From Bacteroidota bacterium (GTDB lineage: Bacteria; Bacteroidota; Bacteroidia; Sphingobacteriales; Sphingobacteriaceae): a stretch of DNA of 64,000 bases. The DNA lies in NCBI GenBank assembly GCA_026224775.1, contig JAMFRP010000030.1:10013-74012 (forward strand), given 5' to 3'. Positions within the stretch are counted from its first letter, which is position 1; each line of letters begins with the position of its first letter. The position numbers and the translations under genes are program-made. The notes under the pieces were generated by a model, which was given only the letters and a program-made list of their open reading frames with translations, had not been told where the DNA came from and did no database searches. Positions 35,829 to 45,827 of this stretch are shown here, piece after piece.

Positions 35829-38132
35829 TTGATTATGACTAAGATAATGCACCTTTTTTCCTGCTTTCCGGTCTGTCTGTTGTTCTTGCAATGTGTAGCA
35901 GCTAATGCGCAAACAACTCCAGGAATAGCCAAAAGATTGTATGTCCAAATTGCCAATGAGAACAACGATACTTTGAAATTGTACCGGATTCTGCAATTGG
36001 TAACATACCAAATAAAGAAACCCGGTGAATACAAGGCTGACCTCGACAGCGCAGAAATACTGATCAGGCGCGCAGAAAAGATAAACAGCCACTTAAATAA
36101 TGAAAAATATAAAGGGCTCATTGCTTTAAATAAATCATATTTCAATAAAAAACTGAATAATAGTGAAACAGGTAAAAAATTTGCCGAAAAGGCGGTCAGT
36201 GTTTTCAGCAAAATAAGAGGAGATTTTTCGCTATTGGGAGAATCCTACTTTGAGTTATCACAATTTTATAATGCAGATGAACCTGGAGGCTTCAAAGCAA
36301 AAGAAAAATATCTTGTAAAAGCAGCTTACAACTTCCAAAGAAGCGGCGATTATGAAAAAGAATCTATCAGCCATCGATACATGGGAAGTCTGTTAATGGA
36401 CCAGGGGAATAATATCAGTGGTAAGAAGGAAGTAGAACTGGCGTTGCAAATTGGCCTGAAGGCTCCTAACGCAAAACTCGAAGCTATCTATGACTTGCTG
36501 GCATCGGCGGAATGCCTTACGGAAAATTACCAGCGCGCAATTTACGATGAAAATGTGGCTATAAAGCAGGAGCAACACGATGCGGACACAGTGATGATGG
36601 AAACCAGTTATACCCGGCTTCTAATAATTTACGACCGCCTTAATGAATACAGGAAGGCATTATTTTATGGAAAGAAGGCATTGGTCATAGAAGAACATTT
36701 GAGAGATACAAATGCAGTTTATATAACAGCAAGCAATATAAACAGGGAATTATCAAGATTTAACAAGAATGTTGAAGCACTAAAATTCATTAGTGACATT
36801 GCCGCTACCTATCCGAAACCAAGCGACCCAGATTTAAAAGTATCCCTTTACATGCCTTTTCTTGCTGATTATACTGCCCTTTATCAAACCGCAAAGGCCC
36901 AACATTATCTTGATCTTTTGTTGCCTATGTTAAAGAAAAACTATGACGACGTATATGTTAAAGAAAGTGTATACAGGCTTGCAGTCAACTTTTATATAAG
37001 TAGTAAAAACTACCCCCTCTCTCAACGGTTCGAAATACTCTATTCAAATTTAGCCAAGCATTTTAACAATAAGATTTACCTAGCCAGAAACAGCCTGATG
37101 CAGTTCAGGATTGATTCTGCGCAGCAGCATCTTGAATCAGCAATGGATCATTTATTGAAATGGCATAAGCTGTCGACTGACATACAAAACGAGACGAACA
37201 CCAAAGCGATCAGTGACATAGAGGCTGAATACGAAGCCGATAAAAGAGAAATAGAACTTCAGCTCAAAGATCAGAACATTAAAGTATTAACCCAAAATGA
37301 ACAGTTGCAGAAGCTGAATTTAAAAAAAGCTGCATCGCTCAGTAATGAACTGATCGGAGGAAGTTGTTTATTACTGATCATACTTATTTTACTTATTTAC
37401 CAAAATCAGTTGAGAAAAAAGAACCAAAAGGCAATGGCTAAAAAAAACAAGTCCATGGAACTTTTACTTGTTGAAAAAGAAAGTTTGATTAAGGATAAAG
37501 AAAGTTTATTGGAGGACAAGGAAGTCCTTATACAGGAAATTCATCATCGGGTCAAGAACAACTTACACATGATTAGCAGCCTGCTGGAATCTCAATCAGC
37601 TTTTTTGGCAGATGATGCGCTATTGGCCATAAGAAAAAGCCAGAATCGTGTCCAGGCGTTATCTCTCATTCATCAAAAGCTATATGTTAATGATAATGTC
37701 ACTGATGTGTTGATGTCGGTCTACCTGCGGGAACTCATCAATTATTTGAAGGATAGCTTCGTCACAGATGAAAATATAATTTTTCACTTTGATCTTGATC
37801 CGATACAGCTGGATATCAAACAGGCGGTTCCGGTTGGATTGATTGTCAATGAGGTGCTTACCAATTCAATAAGATTCGCATTTCCGTCCAATTACGAGGG
37901 ACTGATTGAAATTTCATTAAAACAGAAATTCATTAACCAGATTGTATTGACCATCCGTGATAACGGCATAGGTCTTTCCGAAGATTTTAATATTGATGAA
38001 AGCCAAATAACTAACCACACACTGGGCATGAGCTTAATAAAGGGCCTGAGCAAAAGCTTACAAGGCACTGTAACTTTCAGCTCAGAGGGCGGTACCAAAA
38101 TAGAACTAATTTTCTTTAACGATCATGATTAG
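35829..38132 (+). CDS. TPR-like membrane sensor histidine kinase (HisKA_2)
   Basis: Signal peptide; helical repeats; TM; QEIHHRVKNNLH; NEVLTNS; RDNGIG. Confidence 0.93.
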   Translation: MIMTKIMHLFSCFPVCLLFLQCVAANAQTTPGIAKRLYVQIANENNDTLKLYRILQLVTYQIKKPGEYKADLDSAEILIRRAEKINSHLNNEKYKGLIALNKSYFNKKLNNSETGKKFAEKAVSVFSKIRGDFSLLGESYFELSQFYNADEPGGFKAKEKYLVKAAYNFQRSGDYEKESISHRYMGSLLMDQGNNISGKKEVELALQIGLKAPNAKLEAIYDLLASAECLTENYQRAIYDENVAIKQEQHDADTVMMETSYTRLLIIYDRLNEYRKALFYGKKALVIEEHLRDTNAVYITASNINRELSRFNKNVEALKFISDIAATYPKPSDPDLKVSLYMPFLADYTALYQTAKAQHYLDLLLPMLKKNYDDVYVKESVYRLAVNFYISSKNYPLSQRFEILYSNLAKHFNNKIYLARNSLMQFRIDSAQQHLESAMDHLLKWHKLSTDIQNETNTKAISDIEAEYEADKREIELQLKDQNIKVLTQNEQLQKLNLKKAASLSNELIGGSCLLLIILILLIYQNQLRKKNQKAMAKKNKSMELLLVEKESLIKDKESLLEDKEVLIQEIHHRVKNNLHMISSLLESQSAFLADDALLAIRKSQNRVQALSLIHQKLYVNDNVTDVLMSVYLRELINYLKDSFVTDENIIFHFDLDPIQLDIKQAVPVGLIVNEVLTNSIRFAFPSNYEGLIEISLKQKFINQIVLTIRDNGIGLSEDFNIDESQITNHTLGMSLIKGLSKSLQGTVTFSSEGGTKIELIFFNDHD

Positions 38133-38154
38133 CAGTCTTGGGTTATCGGGTATT

Positions 38155-38323
38155 TATCTTAATGGTAACTTTGTATCAGATGAAAATATTACATTTAATG
38201 TGGATGTTGACCCGGTTAGACTTGATATAGGCCGGGCGGTTCCTTTGGGGCTGATCATAAGTGAGTTGATTGCTAAACGGTTACCAAAATAGAATTGTTT
38301 TTTTTCAATGACAATGAACTTAA
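38155..38323 (+). pseudogene. Internally deleted remnant of a paralogous HisKA_2 kinase C-terminus
   Basis: YLNGNFVSDENITFNVDVDPVRLDIGRAVPLGLIISELI aligns to YLKDSFVTDENIIFHFDLDPIQLDIKQAVPVGLIVNEVL upstream, then jumps in another frame to TKIELFFFNDNE (compare TKIELIFFNDHD). Confidence 0.8.
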
Positions 38324-38353
38324 GCTTGTCATTGTTACTACATAGAATTTATT

Positions 38354-39730
38354 ATGAATAAGAAAATCCTAATAGTCGAAGATGGTTTTGTAGAAGCCAA
38401 TAACCTGAGTATCATCCTAGAGCGGGCCGGTTTTATCGTGTGTGATATCGCAGACTCTTACGACGAAGCGATACGTTGTATCCATAAAGAAACGCCTGAC
38501 CTGGTGCTCCTGGATATTTTCCTTAATGGCAAGAAAACAGGCATCGACCTAGCCAGGGTACTCAAAGAAAAAAAAATGGCATTCGTATACTTATCAGCGA
38601 ATTCCAACAAGGATACCTTGGCTGCTGCCAAGTTAACTGAGCCCTACGGTTTTCTCGTAAAGCCTTTCAGGGAAAAAGACATCCTGATTACGTTGGATAT
38701 TGCAAATTACTTGCACGAACAAAAACAGAAATTCCAACAAAATGAAGACAGTCTTTCTCATTTTACGAAGCCCCCTAAATTCGAAGGGGTCATCGGCAAT
38801 TCTGCAGGTTTGCAGGAAGTGCTTAAACTGGTAAAGATCGTAGCGCCAACGGAGACCTCTGTGTTGATTCTCGGCGAAAGCGGTACGGGTAAAGAAAGAA
38901 TTGTTGACAGCATCCACGCTAACTCCCAGCGTAGCAAAAAACCACTCATTAAGGTAAATTGTGCCGCCTTACCTGCTAACCTTATCGAAACTGAACTTTT
39001 CGGACATGAACGTGGCGCATTCACCGGGGCAAGCGAACAACGAATCGGAAAATTCGAACAGGCTCATACGGGAACCATCTTTTTGGACGAAATTGGCGAG
39101 ATGCCGATTGACCTTCAGGTCAAACTCCTAAGGGTCTTACAGGAAAAAGAAATAGAGCGTATAGGCGGTAAAGGTTCCTTTAAAGTGGATGTGCGGATAA
39201 TTGCGGCCACTAACAGAAGCCTGGAGAAGGAAGTATCGGAGGGCAGGTTCAGAATAGATCTTTATTACCGGCTTAACGTTTTTCCGATATCGCTACCACC
39301 GTTGCGGGAGCGGGCGGGCGATATTCCGCTGCTGGCAGCCCACTTTGTACAGCATTTCTGTAAGATGAACAATTTACCGGTTAAAGAAATATCGGAGAAG
39401 GTAATGAAAACACTACAGTCCTATTCCTGGCCGGGCAACATCCGAGAACTCGAACACCTTATTGAGCGCAGTATACTACTTAATCCCGATCAGGTCATTA
39501 CGCAAATTGCTCTCCCGCAAATGGCTGGCAATACCTCGGTCATTAATGATGACAAAAAAGTAAAGACCATCAAAGAAATGGAAATCGACCATATCAAATC
39601 CGTACTTGAAAAGTGCAACGGAAAAGTTTCCGGACCTGGTGGTGCAGCTGAGCTTCTGGAACTTCCTTACAGTACATTAATCTCCCGAATCAAAAAGCTG
39701 GGTATAAAAACTGATAAGTATTTTCATTGA
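38354..39730 (+). CDS. Sigma54-dependent response regulator (REC + AAA+ + Fis HTH)
   Basis: IVEDG, LLDI, KPF; GESGTGKE; [15 protein letters not shown]; [22 protein letters not shown]. Confidence 0.95.
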   Translation: MNKKILIVEDGFVEANNLSIILERAGFIVCDIADSYDEAIRCIHKETPDLVLLDIFLNGKKTGIDLARVLKEKKMAFVYLSANSNKDTLAAAKLTEPYGFLVKPFREKDILITLDIANYLHEQKQKFQQNEDSLSHFTKPPKFEGVIGNSAGLQEVLKLVKIVAPTETSVLILGESGTGKERIVDSIHANSQRSKKPLIKVNCAALPANLIETELFGHERGAFTGASEQRIGKFEQAHTGTIFLDEIGEMPIDLQVKLLRVLQEKEIERIGGKGSFKVDVRIIAATNRSLEKEVSEGRFRIDLYYRLNVFPISLPPLRERAGDIPLLAAHFVQHFCKMNNLPVKEISEKVMKTLQSYSWPGNIRELEHLIERSILLNPDQVITQIALPQMAGNTSVINDDKKVKTIKEMEIDHIKSVLEKCNGKVSGPGGAAELLELPYSTLISRIKKLGIKTDKYFH

Positions 39731-39771
39731 TTCTTACTGACACTTTTTAATGACTACCACCAACATCCCGG

Positions 39772-41400
39772 CTATCCCAGGTGACATTGGCGATCAGCTA
39801 TCGATACGAGGGCCTTTTTATGAGTGACCATAACAATTGTCTTTTTACCTTTCCATGTCGTCAACAAATTCATAAAGTTGGCTTCAGCTTTTGTATCCAG
39901 ACCTTCGGTTGGTTCATCCAACAATAATACCGGTGCATCTTTGAGAATTATCCTGGCAAGGGCGACCATTCTCGCCTGTCCACCGGAAATATTTTTTCCC
40001 AATTCTCCGGCAATATTATCGAGGAATTTGGGGTTATGTCGAATTTCAGGACCCAGACCGGCACGTATAGCCGCATCTGTCACTTCGCGCTCAGTAGCAT
40101 CAGTCCGGGCCAGGGCAATGTTCTCAAATAAGCTGATATTAAACAACGTGGCATGCTGTTCCATATAGGCAATGTGGTTATTTAATTGTTCGGGATTGAA
40201 AAAATGGGCAGCCTTACCGTTTATGCCTGCTATGCCCGAATCAGGGCACCGGAGCCCGGACAACATGTCCAGCAAAGTTGTTTTACCACTGCCGTTGCAA
40301 CCTGTCACTGCCGTAATTAGACCCGCCTGAAATTTGAAGTTAAAATCCGTCAGTACATCCCGGCCCTTATAGGCAACGTTAACGTTTTTCACCTCCAGGT
40401 CATAAATCGCGGGCAAACTTAGATTCTCAGCTAATGTTGTATCTTTTGTTTTGTCCCATTCAGCCAGGCTATTGCCTGACCAATTGGTTCGCGATAATTG
40501 CTGGGCGGCAGCGGGCAGCAGATAAAGTATTTCAGCTAGAGCCAGCCAGGTGACGACGATCAAAACAATAGTCGTCATTTCAATTTGGCCACGCTGTTTT
40601 TCTGCTAAAAAAATTATTGCAATTAGACCGAGCTGCAGGATAAATTGCTGAAGCAGTTGCCAGTATGCGAGCTTCATTTTGGACGCTGATCTGATATACT
40701 GTTCGCATACCAGTTTACTTTCTATAAGCATGCGGTTACCATTCAACAGTCCGAACTGACGGAGATCCCGGAATCCTCTCAACCAGGTCATTATGTCGAT
40801 GTGGGCCTGCCGCCTGATCAGCAGGCTTTCTTCTTCCGGACCGGTTGTGGCTCTAAATGACAGGTATGGAATTATAATTCCGGCAATTGAAAACAGCCCT
40901 GCCAATAAAACAGCAACGGTCGGCAACAGAAAGTAGGCTACAGATCCGGCCAGTAAGAATAATATGGCTGCAGTGATCCATGGCAATATAACGGCTTGGT
41001 AAAGCTGATCCATATCTTCCAGATCATTGATCAGCTCGCTGAGCAATCGGGAAGAACGGAATTTGACCAGTTCCGCCTTTTTAAACATCAATATTTTGTC
41101 GAACACCCATGCCCTGGCTAAACTTAATTTATCCAGCGTAACCCGGTGCGTATACCTGTTTTCAAAATATTTGTTCACCGGCCGGGCCAGCGCCAGAAAA
41201 CGTATGACCGAACTTGGCAAAAATATATTATATCCTTGTAGGCCGATTATTCCGAGACCCGTAAGGGCGGTCGCCGTTATAAACCAGGCCGAACAGCTTA
41301 CCAGCAACAGCCCGCATGAAAGTGCCGAAACGGCAAGAAATATTCCTACCCACTGAGCCCGGCTCAGTTTTTTATAAATACCTGGTATTTTAGTCAGCAT
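39772..41400 (-). CDS. cydC: Thiol-reductant ABC exporter subunit CydC
   Basis: SAWFITATALTG, RFLALARPVNKYFENRYTHRVTL, GCNGSGKTT, ISGGQARMVALAR, LLLDEPTEGLD; downstream of cydD. Confidence 0.85.
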   Translation of the reverse strand: MLTKIPGIYKKLSRAQWVGIFLAVSALSCGLLLVSCSAWFITATALTGLGIIGLQGYNIFLPSSVIRFLALARPVNKYFENRYTHRVTLDKLSLARAWVFDKILMFKKAELVKFRSSRLLSELINDLEDMDQLYQAVILPWITAAILFLLAGSVAYFLLPTVAVLLAGLFSIAGIIIPYLSFRATTGPEEESLLIRRQAHIDIMTWLRGFRDLRQFGLLNGNRMLIESKLVCEQYIRSASKMKLAYWQLLQQFILQLGLIAIIFLAEKQRGQIEMTTIVLIVVTWLALAEILYLLPAAAQQLSRTNWSGNSLAEWDKTKDTTLAENLSLPAIYDLEVKNVNVAYKGRDVLTDFNFKFQAGLITAVTGCNGSGKTTLLDMLSGLRCPDSGIAGINGKAAHFFNPEQLNNHIAYMEQHATLFNISLFENIALARTDATEREVTDAAIRAGLGPEIRHNPKFLDNIAGELGKNISGGQARMVALARIILKDAPVLLLDEPTEGLDTKAEANFMNLLTTWKGKKTIVMVTHKKALVSIADRQCHLG

Positions 41401-43153
41401 ATGCAGTTAACTTAATTTCACGATACTCTTCAAATGCGCCGTAAGCTTCCCCATGACCTGTTACCACGATGGTCTTGTGATGCCCCACCTTACTGATCAT
41501 TATGGCGAAATTTTCAGCGCTGGCCGGATCTAGGTGTGTCAGCGGTTCATCCAGTATGATGATACGTGACTTACGTACCAGGGCCCGCGCCAGAGCTATT
41601 TTTTGACGCTCTCCCCCGGATATGGATTTCCCATCCTCGGCGAGGTAAGTATCTAATCCCATCGGCAATTTTTCCAATAGCATGTGCAAACCTGCAGGTA
41701 TTATTACATCTTCCCATAATTCAGTATCCGGAAGTGATGCCCCCATGAGGATATTGGACCTGATTGTTCCCTGAAAAATACTCGTTTGCTGGTTGATGAC
41801 TGAGATCTCCCGGAATAATTCTGCTTCGCTAAGGCTTTCTATGCGTTGTTTCCCGAGCAGGATAATACCACCCCGTGGTTTTTGCCAACCCAGTAGCAGT
41901 GCTACCAATGTTGATTTTCCAGATCCATTCGGACCCGTAATCCTGACTTTGTCGCAGGGGCCTACGACCAAACTGAAATTTTTAAATAATTGCTTCTTTT
42001 CTGAATAAGCGAAGTCTACATTTTTGAAAATCAGGGGAAGTGGCAGAAAAATATCCTCCTCCCCTGCGGGCTTGCCATTTGGTGTAAATATCTTGTCCCT
42101 TAACTCTTCACCCGGTGCTTGTTTCCCGATGTCCGGAATAGTATTAAAGAAACCTGCCTCCTGCAGACTGATGACGGCTCCTAAGGCATGCCCACGATCA
42201 TGATAATAGTTACCAAGCGTCTTAAATGCAATAAAATATTCAGGAATCAAAAGTAGGATGATAAGGCCACTCCGCAGCGATGCACCACCCTGCGGGCCAT
42301 AATTGATATAATGGATCATGTTGAGCCCTATAAAAATGGCACAGCCGGCAATAATGATCGCACTGAGAAACTCTAGTACAGCTGAAGAAAGAAATGCTAT
42401 TTTTAGCACTTTTAGCACCTGATCACCATAGGATTTGGCAAAATACTTTACTTGTTCTGACTGCTTTCCGAGTTGGTTGAACAGGTACAATGTTGTGATT
42501 CCTTGTAGCCGATCCATAAAATATCCCCCCATCTGCGCCAGCGAGTCCCATTGTTCCCTGCTTTTTTCTTCTGAACCACGACCGATGATAATCATGAATA
42601 TCGGAATAGCGGGTGACATGACTAAAATCAGCAATGCGCAAACCCAGTTAATGGTCATTAAATAAACCAAAACGGCTAAAGGCATCATAATACAAAGGAT
42701 CATTTGTGGAATGTAACGGGTGAAATACGGTGCGATTACTTCTGTTTTATTTAACAGACCCAATGTAATGCCGGCAGGCGATTTATCCTGGTGAACAGGC
42801 AGATAACCCCTTTGAATTTCTTCAAACAGGTCACTGCGAAGCGTTACGGTAATTTTTTCTGTAAGCCCCGCGCTTTGGCAATTGCTGAAATAATTCATCA
42901 GGGGCCTGCCTGCCCCGGCGAGCGCTATGCAGACTAATCCAGCATAGAAATCATGTATTGACAGGTTATGCAATGCCATTCCGCTAATGAGACCTGCAAT
43001 TAAAATAAGCTGGATATTAACCAAAACAAATGCGGTGAATTTTAAAGCTGTTATGCCAATGATCGCTCTTTTCCATGGGTCAAGAAAATCATTTAGTAAA
43101 ACATTTGCTTTTGAAGCAGCAGCTTTATCGTATTGAGGACTGGCGTTTGACAT
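41390..43153 (-). CDS. cydD: Thiol-reductant ABC exporter subunit CydD
   Basis: YFTRYIPQ, F.DRLQGITTL, VLKIAFLSSAVLEF, LLIPEYF..LGNYYHDR, GPNGSGKST, ISGGERQKIALAR. Confidence 0.88.
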   Translation of the reverse strand: MSNASPQYDKAAASKANVLLNDFLDPWKRAIIGITALKFTAFVLVNIQLILIAGLISGMALHNLSIHDFYAGLVCIALAGAGRPLMNYFSNCQSAGLTEKITVTLRSDLFEEIQRGYLPVHQDKSPAGITLGLLNKTEVIAPYFTRYIPQMILCIMMPLAVLVYLMTINWVCALLILVMSPAIPIFMIIIGRGSEEKSREQWDSLAQMGGYFMDRLQGITTLYLFNQLGKQSEQVKYFAKSYGDQVLKVLKIAFLSSAVLEFLSAIIIAGCAIFIGLNMIHYINYGPQGGASLRSGLIILLLIPEYFIAFKTLGNYYHDRGHALGAVISLQEAGFFNTIPDIGKQAPGEELRDKIFTPNGKPAGEEDIFLPLPLIFKNVDFAYSEKKQLFKNFSLVVGPCDKVRITGPNGSGKSTLVALLLGWQKPRGGIILLGKQRIESLSEAELFREISVINQQTSIFQGTIRSNILMGASLPDTELWEDVIIPAGLHMLLEKLPMGLDTYLAEDGKSISGGERQKIALARALVRKSRIIILDEPLTHLDPASAENFAIMISKVGHHKTIVVTGHGEAYGAFEEYREIKLTAYAD

Positions 43154-43163
43154 AAATACCGGG

Positions 43164-44405
43164 TTATATACGCTGATATTTAAAACAGGCAGCCAAAAAT
43201 ATAACGATGAAAACCGCTATAGCAAACTGCGCCGTCAGATCGCCAAAAAATCCAAGTACCACAAAAAAGAAGAAGATACCACCCAACGAAATCGCAATGC
43301 GCCATGGCCATGCCATGGTGAGTACCTTGAAGCCAGCGTGATCATTCCCGTTTACCTTTACCTTGCTTTTTAATAGTTCGGATTCTGCCAGCGAGGGTTC
43401 ATAATTATCCTTTCCACTGACCTTGCCCTTGAAAACGATATAGGAATAAATAAAATAGGCCAGTATTATCGGGACGATAACAAGAGAACAGATGAGCAAT
43501 ATACGATTACCGTAAGCGGGAGAGCCGGCATCGAATATGGTCAGATCAGGCGGAACAATATAAGGCCAGAAGCCGGACACGATGTAAAGCGCAGATCCGG
43601 CTGTCATCAATATATTCAGCACAAAAGGCAAAATATCATTTTTCCTGTCAACCGTAAAATAAATGGCGGCGGTTAAAATCACTGTTGCTATATACCATAC
43701 GATCGAGGGTAATGACAGTATCCTGCCAATGCCAAAAGCGCCGAACCTTGGGATAAATATTTCTAAGTAAAAACGCCCGAATACGACAAGTATTAATAAG
43801 AGCAGCAAGCAAAAAATTATTCTTTTAACAAAGCGTTTGAATGTTGCCTGGAGCTTTCCGCTTGTCTTAAAGTTCAACCAGGTCGCGCCGATAAGCGCAT
43901 AGGTCACAATGAGCACCAAGCCTATTAAGATAGTAAAGGGACTTAAAAAATTGAAGGTAATGTCGCGGTACGCAATATCCTTATATACCTTTATCCCTTC
44001 CATGAGGTTACCTAAAACTAATCCCTGGCAAAAGACAGCCATTACAGACCCAAAGGAAAATGCCGCATCCCACCATGATTTCCTGTGTACCGACACAAAA
44101 CGGAATTCCATGGCGACCCCGCGAAGGATCAGGCCTATGACCATAACAATCAGCGGCAGGTATAATGCGGGCAGCAGTACGCTGTAAGCCTTAGGAAATC
44201 CGCCGAATAAGCCGACTCCTAAGAGGATCAGCCATGTTTCATTTCCGTCCCACACCGGTGTAATTGAATCGACCATGGTATCCCGGGAGGATTCATTCTT
44301 AATAAATGGAAAGAGTATCCCTACCCCGAGATCAAATCCGTCGAAGATGGTATACATTACAGCGGCAAAACATATGACCAATGCAAATAAAATGTGAATA
44401 TCCAT
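43164..44405 (-). CDS. cydB: Cytochrome bd ubiquinol oxidase subunit II with C-terminal extension
   Basis: FDGFDLGVGIL, ITPVWDGNETWL, LRGVAMEFR, WPYIVPP.LTIFDAGSP, Y.Y.VFKGKV, then about 80 extra aa with hydrophobic helices. Confidence 0.92.
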   Translation of the reverse strand: MDIHILFALVICFAAVMYTIFDGFDLGVGILFPFIKNESSRDTMVDSITPVWDGNETWLILLGVGLFGGFPKAYSVLLPALYLPLIVMVIGLILRGVAMEFRFVSVHRKSWWDAAFSFGSVMAVFCQGLVLGNLMEGIKVYKDIAYRDITFNFLSPFTILIGLVLIVTYALIGATWLNFKTSGKLQATFKRFVKRIIFCLLLLLILVVFGRFYLEIFIPRFGAFGIGRILSLPSIVWYIATVILTAAIYFTVDRKNDILPFVLNILMTAGSALYIVSGFWPYIVPPDLTIFDAGSPAYGNRILLICSLVIVPIILAYFIYSYIVFKGKVSGKDNYEPSLAESELLKSKVKVNGNDHAGFKVLTMAWPWRIAISLGGIFFFFVVLGFFGDLTAQFAIAVFIVIFLAACFKYQRI

Positions 44406-44412
44406 AGCTCAA

Positions 44413-45807
44413 TTATTTAACATTTAATTTAATCCCTTCAGGAAGCCCGGAAATAAAGTTATCGGTCTTTCTTTCATCTGTTTTTAATGTATTTTGAATC
44501 TCTTCCGGACCCTTTTGTACTATCTTACAAATGAATTTAATATACGCCGCCAATAAGATAATATAGGTAATCAGGAAAAGGCTGAATGAGAAAACAACCT
44601 GAAAATTACTCAGGGAAGATGCTGCCGCCTCTGTCCGGAGCAAGCCATAAATTACATAGGGTTGCCTTCCTGTTTCAGAAGTAATTCAACCGGCTATTGT
44701 CGCAATAACACCCGCCGGTGTCATGAAAATACTCATTTTTAAAAACCATCGTTTAACGAATAAGTTTCCTGTAAATCTCAGTGCAATGCTAGTTAATGCG
44801 GTAAAAAACATGAGGATGGCAATTAAAAACATTACCCTGAAGAAGTAAAAGGTAAGGGCCATATTCGGTTGATTTTCCGGAGGTGTCCTTTTCAAACCTT
44901 GTACCGTACCATGCAGGCTATGGGTTATTAATATACTGCCCATATATGGAATACCGACCTGAACATCGTTCCGTTGATTTTTAAAATCAGGATTGACAAA
45001 AAGAAGGTAAGGCGCTGTTGGTGTATCTTCCCAAAAACCTTCCAGCGCTTCGGTTTTCGCGGGCTGATAAACAGCCATTTTTGCGTATAGCGTATCTCCT
45101 ACCCATAATTGAACCGGTATTAAAACAGTTATAATCGCCAGGGAAATGGAGTAAGTGGTTTTCGCAAAGCTGAGATACCGGTTTTTCAACAAGTACCATG
45201 CAGAAATACCGGCAACGAGGAAGCTGGAGGCGAACATCGAAGCCAGTAACATATGGGGATATCTGATATAGAAAGACGGATTGAAAACGGCGTGCCACCA
45301 TTCAGTAATGAAATATTGCCCATTACTGAATTTATAACCCGCGGGTGTATGCAGCCAGGAATTCGCACCCAGAATCCAGGTTGCCGAAATCAGGGTACCT
45401 ACGGCAACCATCAGCGTTGCAAAGAAATGTACTTTCTTATTTACCCGGTTCCATCCCAATAACATGATCCCTAAAAAACCTGCTTCAAGGAAAAATGCGG
45501 TCATTACCTCCAGTCCAATGATACTGCCTAAAACCGGTCCTGCCGCATAAGAGAATTTTGACCAGTTAAGGCCAAACTGAAAAGACATAAAAATACCGGT
45601 CACCACACCTATCGAGAAGTTCAAGGCAAAAATTGATGTCCAGAATTTGTATATCCGGAAATATTCTACTTTTCCCGTTTTAAGATACATGCCATGAATC
45701 AGCACCAGAAACCACGACAAGCCGATAGAAAGCGCGGGAAACATAATGTGGTAACTGGCGGTAAAACCAAATTGAAAACGAGAAAGAAATTCTGCAAAAT
45801 TATTCAT
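44413..45807 (-). pseudogene. cydA: Cytochrome bd oxidase subunit I (short Q-loop), interrupted by in-frame TGA at 44686-44688
   Basis: SRFQFGFT..YHIMFP, EVMTAFFLEAGFLG, PHMLLAS, KTEALEG, FRVM; frame reads AG*ITSETGRQPY across the stop (conserved AGWxxxExGRQPW) and continues to TAA 44413, 464 codons in total. Confidence 0.9.
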
Positions 45808-45827
45808 GACTTTATCATGTTTAAAGT

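Noticed and set aside
44686-44688. Selenocysteine or genome-wide TGA=Trp recoding
   Set aside because: The position is a conserved Trp, not Cys; no obvious SECIS-like hairpin follows; other genes end cleanly at TGA and use TGG for Trp.
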